A stretch of 64,000 bases of DNA from contig JACPKC010000007.1 in assembly GCA_016187225.1 (NCBI GenBank), forward strand, positions 7,654 through 71,653. The letters run 5' to 3'. Positions 56,568 through 64,000 of this stretch are shown here, piece after piece. Each line of letters begins with the position of its first letter. Positions within the stretch are counted from its first letter, which is position 1. The translations under genes and the position numbers were made by a program. The notes below the pieces were generated by a model. It saw only the letters and a program-made list of their open reading frames with translations, was not told the origin of the DNA and did no database searches. The DNA is from Candidatus Berkelbacteria bacterium (GTDB lineage: Bacteria; Patescibacteriota; UBA1384; JACPKC01).

Positions 56568-59500
56568 TAGCGTCAACTCACCGGATTCAGACGAAGAAGG
56601 TTCAAACGAATCTCCTGAAAATGATTCGCGCGACTCGGCTGATGAAGTTATCGAAGAAATCTCGCAAGAGCTTAATAAACGTGAAAAGGAAATTAGTGAT
56701 CTTGTCAAAGAATTTTGTCGATTAGATCGCGAACGCCGGCAAGCGCGTTTTGGCGGCGGCGACCAAGCGGTCGGCAAGTTGTGGAATCCAAAAGAAATCG
56801 CTCGCCGCTGGGGCAACCTGCGCGATTCACTCCACCGCGTGGGCGCGCGCGTTTTTAATGAGAAATCAGGCACATTCGCTTTTGACAAAAACAAGTATGA
56901 GAAACGAGTTTTAGCCGCCCTTGGAGAATCAGCGGCTGGCTTTATAGGCGCTGGCGCAATTTTATTCTCCGGTTTTGGAAGTTATGTGGCGCCCACTCTG
57001 TTTGGGCACTTCTTAAAAGAGGGCATCGACGGCCTGGCAAAAAGCACTCAATTTATACTGGGCAAAAAACAGTGGAACGCCGAGATGGTGACTCAAGTTG
57101 CGTTCGACCTAAAAATCAAAAAATTTCTTGAAAGTGGCAAGGAATATGATGAGGGGCAATTTACTCAAGCCAAAGTCGAACTTATCGATATGGATGCCGA
57201 AATTGCCAGCCTTCAAGCCAAACACCATGCCTCGGATAAAAAATGGACCTTTTGGCGCAAGCTGACTTCAGGCTTTGCAACTGGCGGGGTCGCGTATGGC
57301 GTCACGGGTGTTCCGCTTGGCGTCCACAATTTCGATCCAGGCATTGGTGATGGTTTTACCAATGTAGTCGACAATACGTCGCAACATGGAATAATTGGAT
57401 CCTTGCGCAAATTCCATCGCGTCCTCTGGGGAGCGCAAGGTGGAGAATTTGCGTATGGGCCTGGAGAGTACGAAAGTATAAAAAAAATCGTTGACGATCA
57501 TGGCGGAGTACTCGAAAAAGTAACACACTTTCTAGGAGAGACCCGCCATACACTTGGCCACGGCTTGCCGTCGGGCCTGAAAAACTCGCTTTGGATCGCC
57601 GCTGGATATTTGGGGATTCAAAGTATCTGGGATGGCGCGCAAGGCAGAAATGCGGGCACGCAAACTCGCAAAAGGATTGAAAAAATGATCCACGATGATT
57701 ACGTGTCGTCGGCGCCACCAACTGAAGCGGGGCAAGCGCCAACGCCCGAGCCTCCATTGTCTCTAGGAACGCCAGGCGACGAATCACCGCCTTCGCCTGA
57801 ACCCAAACTACCCTCTGTTCCATCTCCTCAACCACCCGAGGACGCGGTGCAACGAACAAGTAAAGAGGAGAAAAAGATTAAAGACTTTCAATTGGCTTTT
57901 AGTCAACCGTGGATTCTGCGAAAAGATGGTCTACCTCTGGATATTGTAGGCAAAAAAATTAAGGTGATTTTCGGGCGAGGAAATGTCAAGAATGTCAAGA
58001 GTGATATTTCAGCCTTCACGACAGTCCACGACCAAGACACTCGTCGCGGCCGCGTAGTAGTCTATTTGTCTAACGAGATAAAAGAGAAGCTAACAGTCCA
58101 TCTGGATAAACGCGGTGTTAGTGGAGTATTCAATGATGAAACTCGAGTTGCAGACATAGAGCTTTTCGTCGCTGGCATTCGCGAGGATCAAGGGCAGGCG
58201 CAGTTGGAAGTTAGCTTTCAACGTCCCTCAACACCATCAACCCCAACCCAATCGGAACCTCAAGTTTCTATGCCAGCGCCAATCCAGGAACAGGAAACGG
58301 AGATAAGGGAAGGGATTGAGGGGTTGGAGTGGCGAGAGAGGCTGACTTTTGAACAATTTAAGCAAATTCTTGACAACGCGACGGCGCTTTATCGGCACGA
58401 AATTGAAAACGGAAAACCGATTTTTGAGGGCGTAGAAAAGATTGACCAATTGCAACCGGTTGCAGAAATTACCCGCGACGACGCGTTGATTGTTTTCCCT
58501 AAAGATGTGCAAGTCTTCACTCTTGGCGACCTGCACGGCGATACACGCGTCCTGCATTCTTTTCTGAAAAAAACAGACCTTGTCGCAAAAATGCAACGCG
58601 GGGAAAAGGTGGCGCTTCTCGTTCTCGGCGACATGCTGGATCGCGGCGCTCAAAGTTCAGAACTCTTGGCGACCTTGCTCTCGCTCAAGCTTGCATTCCC
58701 AAAACAAGTAGTTCTCCTGCGCGGCGATCACGAGGATGTTGCAATAAATTGTGATTTTGTACAAAATGCTCGGAATTCCTACCACACAAAGACATTTGGT
58801 GCGCATGAGATACTAGGTAACACCGAGACTGAGTGGGAAAAAAAGTTTGGTGCAAAGAATACAGAGATAATTAAAAACACTCACACGCTTCTCTACGGAG
58901 GCCTCCCCTATGCCGCGGTGCTACCAAACGGATTTGTGGCAACCCATGCCGGTGTGCCTTATGAACTGAATAGATTAGAGGCATGGACGACACCCAACGA
59001 AAAACGGCAGACACAATTCATGTGGGGCGATTATACTGATAGAGAATTACTATCGGGTCTTGGTGATGCTGATAACGCTTCAGTATTGACCCGAGAAAAT
59101 CCCGGCCGCGTCTACATGTTTGGCAATCAATTAATCCGGCATTTGAAAGAAAAATTCGGCATTCAGGGTCTGGTCCGCGGCCACGAGCATGACCGACAAC
59201 CATTTCGGAATCAAGATAGCACTGTCTTTACCCTCGTCTCTTCAGGAGAGGTGGTGAGCGACACTAATAGACTCCGCTATGGCTTATTGCAAAGCGATGG
59301 TACGTTCTCCGCATACCCCTTGGAGTTTAAGCCCGAATACCCCAAGGGCGTGTTCCTTGCCGCGACTCAATCTCGGGAGCAAGGTCAGTCAAAACTTATT
59401 GATCGCTACTACGAGCTTGTCAGCACTTTGAAGAATGACTATCTCAATAAAATTGTAACGGTTGAGGTGCGCCGATCAAGGCTTGACGGGTATCTTAATT

Positions 59501-60027
59501 ACCGAATTCCTCAAATTCAAGACTCGCTAAACGATGAAAATATTGTTCTCGAGATGCCTCAAAAAGAACGCAATCGAATGCGCGCGGAGCTTGACCAGAA
59601 AAACAAAAGCGAAGCCCAACTTAAAATTTCTGAAATAAAATTTGTTCTCGGTAAAGATTCCAAGCCAAAGATTAAGATTGAACTCCAAATCCCCGAACAT
59701 GAGCCCGAACCAAGTCCTGAACAACAAAAACCTTTGCTTTCAAATTTCTCTGCTCAAGAGAATGAGATTCTCGATCAGTTGGTCGACCGAGCCAGCGATC
59801 CAGACTCGTACATATTAGTTTTAAGCGAGGCAGAGCTTGAACTTTGCAGAAAACTCGTTCTTCAAATCCCTTGGCAAGTAATCCGCAAGGGCAAGCGAAG
59901 AACTTCCAAAGAGAATGAGGCTTGCGACAAGCTTCAGGTAGCTCTTGAGTCGCCGGAGGGATGTATCCAAAACTCTCAAGAATTTGCCGAGAATATTACT
60001 TGTATGAGGTTGTTCATTGAGGATTAG
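56545..60027 (+). CDS. Large multidomain protein with a PPP-type metallophosphoesterase domain
   Basis: GDLHGD, GDMLDRG, LRGDHE, THAG, WGD, RGHE motifs; Gly/Ala-rich hydrophobic N-terminal segments; Pro-rich linkers. Confidence 0.88.
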   Translation: MLKNQPPNSVNSPDSDEEGSNESPENDSRDSADEVIEEISQELNKREKEISDLVKEFCRLDRERRQARFGGGDQAVGKLWNPKEIARRWGNLRDSLHRVGARVFNEKSGTFAFDKNKYEKRVLAALGESAAGFIGAGAILFSGFGSYVAPTLFGHFLKEGIDGLAKSTQFILGKKQWNAEMVTQVAFDLKIKKFLESGKEYDEGQFTQAKVELIDMDAEIASLQAKHHASDKKWTFWRKLTSGFATGGVAYGVTGVPLGVHNFDPGIGDGFTNVVDNTSQHGIIGSLRKFHRVLWGAQGGEFAYGPGEYESIKKIVDDHGGVLEKVTHFLGETRHTLGHGLPSGLKNSLWIAAGYLGIQSIWDGAQGRNAGTQTRKRIEKMIHDDYVSSAPPTEAGQAPTPEPPLSLGTPGDESPPSPEPKLPSVPSPQPPEDAVQRTSKEEKKIKDFQLAFSQPWILRKDGLPLDIVGKKIKVIFGRGNVKNVKSDISAFTTVHDQDTRRGRVVVYLSNEIKEKLTVHLDKRGVSGVFNDETRVADIELFVAGIREDQGQAQLEVSFQRPSTPSTPTQSEPQVSMPAPIQEQETEIREGIEGLEWRERLTFEQFKQILDNATALYRHEIENGKPIFEGVEKIDQLQPVAEITRDDALIVFPKDVQVFTLGDLHGDTRVLHSFLKKTDLVAKMQRGEKVALLVLGDMLDRGAQSSELLATLLSLKLAFPKQVVLLRGDHEDVAINCDFVQNARNSYHTKTFGAHEILGNTETEWEKKFGAKNTEIIKNTHTLLYGGLPYAAVLPNGFVATHAGVPYELNRLEAWTTPNEKRQTQFMWGDYTDRELLSGLGDADNASVLTRENPGRVYMFGNQLIRHLKEKFGIQGLVRGHEHDRQPFRNQDSTVFTLVSSGEVVSDTNRLRYGLLQSDGTFSAYPLEFKPEYPKGVFLAATQSREQGQSKLIDRYYELVSTLKNDYLNKIVTVEVRRSRLDGYLNYRIPQIQDSLNDENIVLEMPQKERNRMRAELDQKNKSEAQLKISEIKFVLGKDSKPKIKIELQIPEHEPEPSPEQQKPLLSNFSAQENEILDQLVDRASDPDSYILVLSEAELELCRKLVLQIPWQVIRKGKRRTSKENEACDKLQVALESPEGCIQNSQEFAENITCMRLFIED

Positions 60028-60071
60028 TCATTGACCCTAGAACCAGTTCCGTAAATCCTGCGTAATCTTTT

Positions 60072-60184
60072 GCCATTGCGAGGTGCCAAGGGTGATGAAG
60101 CAATCTAATAGGATAGGGTCGCCACGCTTCGCTCGCATGACAAAGTCTGTTTGCGATGACGTCTAAAGAGAAAGGTGAGAAAGT
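60072..60184. repeat. Palindromic dispersed repeat plus an inverted ACTTTCTCAC-type flank
   Basis: 60074-60141 resembles 33123-33191; the reverse complement of 60151-60184 matches 40767-40800 at 30/34. Confidence 0.8.
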
Positions 60185-60225
60185 CATAAACATTTTTGTT
60201 ATAGTAAAAATATCTAGGAGGGAGA

Positions 60226-62844
60226 GTGGAACAGCAGGGGTCGCGCAAAGAGACGCTGGCTGAATTGGTTGGTCTGGAAATCCAGTCGCTCAATCAAGCA
60301 CCAACCAAGCCATCCGCCGTAAAGCGGGTTGGGTTAGAGCAGGGTGAGATTGTTTCGCCTCGCTTGAGCGAGACTCGCAATGACAAGAGCGACAAAATTT
60401 TTCGCAATAATAGAGAAAGCGGTGTGCCTCTTTCCGTTGAACACGCCGAGCGATTGGAGCAGGTTCGAGAACAAATTCAAGACCTGAAAACGATCGCCGA
60501 ATGCGCGCGCCAACTGACCGTCCGCTTAAGCGAACTCGCGGCTCAACAAAAGCCCGACTTGCCAGCCGAGGTCGCAAAAATATGGGCAAATGCCAGCAGT
60601 CAAATCGCCAGGTATTTGAATCAGCCGGTCCAGATCGGCGCTGGCGCAACGCCGCACTCGCTCGAGGAAGCGCAAGAACAGTTTGAACACTGGATCAGCT
60701 TGTTTTGCGAAAATGCCGCTGGTCCCGACGGAACTGGCCTTCAAGATGATCCCGACCGTCTCCGAAGCTTCCAGGGAAAACTCGAAAATATCGAACCGCT
60801 TGCAAGCACACTCGCCAAAAACGGGCGCGCGCTCGTGGCGCAGAAAGAACTTACTTTAGAGTATCTCCAAGCAAGCGCCCAGGAAACTTATGCCAAGGCG
60901 CATAAAAATACCGAGCGACTCAAGGCGATCGATCAAGCGGCGCGGCCTCTTCAGGCGCATTGGCTTGAGGCTCTTCAGCAGGAAAAACGCGAACTCGAAC
61001 AGTTGAAGGCTGATCTCAAAAAAATCAGCGGGGAACACCAGCTTTCAGCAACGCTCTTGGCAAAGACAGATGAAGGCATTCAAATTCTCAACCATCTTTC
61101 CACCGAACCGCTCGAACAAGCGCAGATTTCAATTGCCGAATGGGTGGGCAAATTTCGCGAGGCTGAAGATTTTACCGCTGAAAAAGTCCGCGAGCGGATT
61201 CAAACCGACCTCAAAACTCCATTTCAAAAACTTGCCGGACGCATTGAGGAATTGAGGCGCGCGTATGATCCCGACCGCTTAAAAAAAATTTATGAGGCCG
61301 AGCTAAAAAAAGAGCGCGGGGTAGTGATTGAGGAGGCGCAGAATCTTTTAGGCGCGCTTAAAGCCCGAACGAGCGTGCTCACCAACTTGCGGCGCGAAAA
61401 ACTCGGCTCAAAGCCAGACGTGCGGTTCTTTGGCGAAATTGCCAAACAAGTCAACACCGCGATTACCGCTTTGAGCGAGGCCGAGATGAGCTTGCTCGAA
61501 GCGATCAGCGCGCTCAAAGATGCTCCGCTCGTCTCCAAAAACGCCGCGAGTTTTACCGAAAGCCAGGCGAAGGCTAAAAAATTACTCATCCAAACTCAAA
61601 ATTTTGCCGCTCGCAACAAAATTGAGGAACTTTTGGCCACGAGCTGGAAAACCAGCCTGACGCCGCTCAAGGAAGTTCTTGAAACCGCCCGCAAGCGGGA
61701 GATAAGCGCCAAAGCGCTGGCGGATAAGTACAGCCGACATCCTGGCTTCGATACCGCGCTTGCCGCTGACCTGAAAATTAAAACTCAAGCGTTAACCACT
61801 GCTTGCGCCCGAGCAACGGAATTTATCACCGATCACGAAAAGCAGTCAGGCGGGGCCAAGGAGCTGACTGCCCAGCGCGAGCGGCTTATGCAAACAATTC
61901 AAGCGGCGGCGCAAGCGCTTGAACCCTACACCGATGAGACGCGCCTGATGGCCAAGCTTGAAGCCAACAAAGAGCGAACTGAAGAACGACGAGTTGAAGA
62001 GGAACGGCAGGCGCGCGAAGAAGAGGCAAGGCGACGCTCAACACTCTTGCCGCGTCTCGTTACTCTCACGCATGAGGCAAGCCATCTAGCGAGTCAATTT
62101 CGCCGGGCGCTCGGTTATGCCACCCAACTCGAGCAGTACGACAGCTCGCGCGCGCTTGAGTTATACCAAAAGCTCACTGCGCTCGCTGAAACGAATTTCA
62201 ACTCTCAAGTCAGCGCCCTTCCACCGCTTGGCGAGATCATCTCGCAAGGCAAATTTCTCACGGAGCTAAAAACGCGTTTTGAATCTGCTGAACATTCAAC
62301 GAATGAAATTGAAATCGAGATTAGCCAGATCGAAGTCGCCTTGGGTGAAAACGGCCGCGCGAGCGAGCTTTTCCGCGAATTTAATGATTTGGAAAATAGA
62401 TATCCACTGACCGCCTATCGAACGCGCGGTCAATTAAGTCATCTGCTAACCGTCCGAGTTGATCAGTTTGAGCAAAAACTTTTTCGTAGGCGGACGCCAG
62501 AACTCGACATCTTTCGCGAAGAGGTTGTGTGGTTGCGTGAAGAGATAGAGCGTTTTCAAAACGAACCACCGCAAAAAGCGACAGAGCGAGGCGCCAAATT
62601 AGAGGCGCGCCTGAAAGCGCTTGGCGAACGCTTGGCGTCACTCGAAGAACGAACTGAAAATGAGTTTGTTGAGCGCGAGGCTGTCTCAACTCAAGAAAAC
62701 CGCGCTTTGCGGATGAAGCTTCAGGCGCTTTTGCGCGATCAATCGGACTATCAAAGTTATCCAATCAAAATCGACCAGGAAGCGAATCATCCTCAACCCC
62801 AAGTATCTCAAGACGCGAGTGAGACAATTCGGATTCATCGCTAA
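60226..62844 (+). CDS. Large coiled-coil hypothetical protein
   Basis: 872 aa, Glu/Ala/Leu/Arg-rich, GGAGGG RBS before GTG; no TM helix. Confidence 0.85.
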   Translation: MEQQGSRKETLAELVGLEIQSLNQAPTKPSAVKRVGLEQGEIVSPRLSETRNDKSDKIFRNNRESGVPLSVEHAERLEQVREQIQDLKTIAECARQLTVRLSELAAQQKPDLPAEVAKIWANASSQIARYLNQPVQIGAGATPHSLEEAQEQFEHWISLFCENAAGPDGTGLQDDPDRLRSFQGKLENIEPLASTLAKNGRALVAQKELTLEYLQASAQETYAKAHKNTERLKAIDQAARPLQAHWLEALQQEKRELEQLKADLKKISGEHQLSATLLAKTDEGIQILNHLSTEPLEQAQISIAEWVGKFREAEDFTAEKVRERIQTDLKTPFQKLAGRIEELRRAYDPDRLKKIYEAELKKERGVVIEEAQNLLGALKARTSVLTNLRREKLGSKPDVRFFGEIAKQVNTAITALSEAEMSLLEAISALKDAPLVSKNAASFTESQAKAKKLLIQTQNFAARNKIEELLATSWKTSLTPLKEVLETARKREISAKALADKYSRHPGFDTALAADLKIKTQALTTACARATEFITDHEKQSGGAKELTAQRERLMQTIQAAAQALEPYTDETRLMAKLEANKERTEERRVEEERQAREEEARRRSTLLPRLVTLTHEASHLASQFRRALGYATQLEQYDSSRALELYQKLTALAETNFNSQVSALPPLGEIISQGKFLTELKTRFESAEHSTNEIEIEISQIEVALGENGRASELFREFNDLENRYPLTAYRTRGQLSHLLTVRVDQFEQKLFRRRTPELDIFREEVVWLREEIERFQNEPPQKATERGAKLEARLKALGERLASLEERTENEFVEREAVSTQENRALRMKLQALLRDQSDYQSYPIKIDQEANHPQPQVSQDASETIRIHR

Positions 62845-62884
62845 CTGCTCATGTTATACTAGGTAGGAATACCCAGGAGGGCTG

Positions 62885-63364
62885 ATGCGGTATCGCGTTC
62901 CGCAGAATATTGATATGGAGGATCGGATTATTGGGCCGCTGACAATGGCTCAATTTGTCTATCTCATGCTCGGCGGCATGATTATTTATGTTTCCTATCT
63001 GCTTTTCATCCCACCGGTCTTTTTCGCAATCGCTTTTGGAGTCGGCATCTTAACCCTCTCAATGACTTTTCTTAAAATCCAGGACCAGCCTTTCCCAAAA
63101 TTCATCGCGGCGACCCTTTTGTATTTGGTCAAACCCAAACAACGGACTTGGCAAAAAGACCCAACGCTCCAGCACATGAAGGTGATTGAAAAAACCGCAA
63201 CCACGCCTGAACAAAAATCTGTCCCGGGGCAAACCGTGACTAAAATCGAGCTCAATGATCTATCGCAACTTTTAGATACCGGAGGCAGAATAGAGCCGCA
63301 AAAACTTCAAACCCAGCCTGCTCTGGAGGAAAAATCCAAAAAAATCGACACGAGTTGGAAATAA
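62885..63364 (+). CDS. PrgI family protein (T4SS/conjugation membrane component)
   Basis: VPQNIDMEDRIIGPLTMAQF, two TM helices, KIQDQPF, KPKQRTW. Confidence 0.9.
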   Translation: MRYRVPQNIDMEDRIIGPLTMAQFVYLMLGGMIIYVSYLLFIPPVFFAIAFGVGILTLSMTFLKIQDQPFPKFIAATLLYLVKPKQRTWQKDPTLQHMKVIEKTATTPEQKSVPGQTVTKIELNDLSQLLDTGGRIEPQKLQTQPALEEKSKKIDTSWK

Positions 63365-63369
63365 TCATT

Positions 63370-64000
63370 ATGTTCCGCACTCGCGCCAAACGCACCCAAA
63401 AAAGCACCCAAGCCTATTTAGATATCGCCGCGATTAAAGATGGGGTTGTGGTTTTGCAAAATGGCGGCTTGCGCGCCGTGTTGGCGGTGACGTCAGTTAA
63501 CTTCGCCTTAAAATCGCCCGAGGAGCAAGAGGATATCGTCTTGCGCTATCAAGGTTTTTTGAACTCTCTCCACTATCCTTTGCAAATTATGATGCAATCG
63601 CGCAAGTTAGATCTGGCCGACTACCTAACGCGCCTGCGCCAGCGAGGCGAAACAGAAGGCAACGAACAGATCAAAAATCAGATCGCGGCCTACACTGATT
63701 TTATGGAAAAACTTCTCGCGGTCGCCAACATTATGGATAAACGCTTTTATGTGGTGGTCAGTTACGATCCGGAGTCGCTCAAATCCAAGAGCTTTCTCGA
63801 CAAACTTCTCCATCCGTCCAAGCAAATTACAATTAGCATGACGGAGCAGGAATTTCAGCGTTACACAACTCAACTCAATGAACGAGTCAACTTGATTGGT
63901 TCAGGACTCGCTTCAATCGGACTCAAGGCCGCAATGCTCACCACTAAACAACTGATCGAGCTTTACTACTCAACATATAATCCCGAAGAAGCGGTTAAAG
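63370..64000 (+). CDS. Protein resembling the VirB4/TraC N-terminal-like gene that follows prgI (partial)
   Basis: Manual translation: MFRTRAKRTQKSTQAYLDIAAIKDGVVVLQNGGLRAVLAVTSVNFALKSPEEQEDIVLRYQGFLNSLHYPLQI...KRFYVVV; open to the window end. Confidence 0.8.
   Translation, partial: MFRTRAKRTQKSTQAYLDIAAIKDGVVVLQNGGLRAVLAVTSVNFALKSPEEQEDIVLRYQGFLNSLHYPLQIMMQSRKLDLADYLTRLRQRGETEGNEQIKNQIAAYTDFMEKLLAVANIMDKRFYVVVSYDPESLKSKSFLDKLLHPSKQITISMTEQEFQRYTTQLNERVNLIGSGLASIGLKAAMLTTKQLIELYYSTYNPEEAVK

Noticed and set aside
1-64000. Prophage, retron, DGR, integron or rRNA
   Set aside because: No phage structural genes, reverse transcriptase, tyrosine integrase or rRNA-like sequence was seen.

Overview
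This looks like a chromosomal window from a Patescibacteria (CPR)-type bacterium. That is an inference from the compact gene set, CPR-style hypothetical proteins and a PrgI/VirB6-like cluster; UGA behaves as stop. 1-12.1 kb is a cell-surface glycosylation locus (GT2 enzymes, GT39/PMT, two O-antigen-ligase-like proteins, two GT4, flippase, murE). 12.1-17.9 kb is a tRNA integration hotspot (Arg-CCG, Arg-GCG, Ser-GCT) with pseudogene debris and an intact ~3.96 kb large serine recombinase element. 18-48.6 kb is mostly housekeeping (ppsA, recA, ftsK, rnj, udg, pnp, rpsO, rpsT, lepB, holA, polA in two genes, valS, tsaD, FemABX) with a few orphans and a RelE-type toxin-antitoxin pair. 48.6-64 kb is a type IV secretion/conjugation-like cluster interrupted by ~10 kb of orphan genes, one carrying a PPP-type phosphatase domain. 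The most striking signal is the element at the tRNA-Ser 3' end. Its cargo and its recombinase gene each sit between long near-perfect inverted repeats, and both repeat pairs converge on the 7-bp core TTGGCGG. The predicted excised circle therefore carries two inverted copies of attP, and excision would swap the last 15 residues of the recombinase. All family assignments come from motif recognition by eye; no database searches were run.
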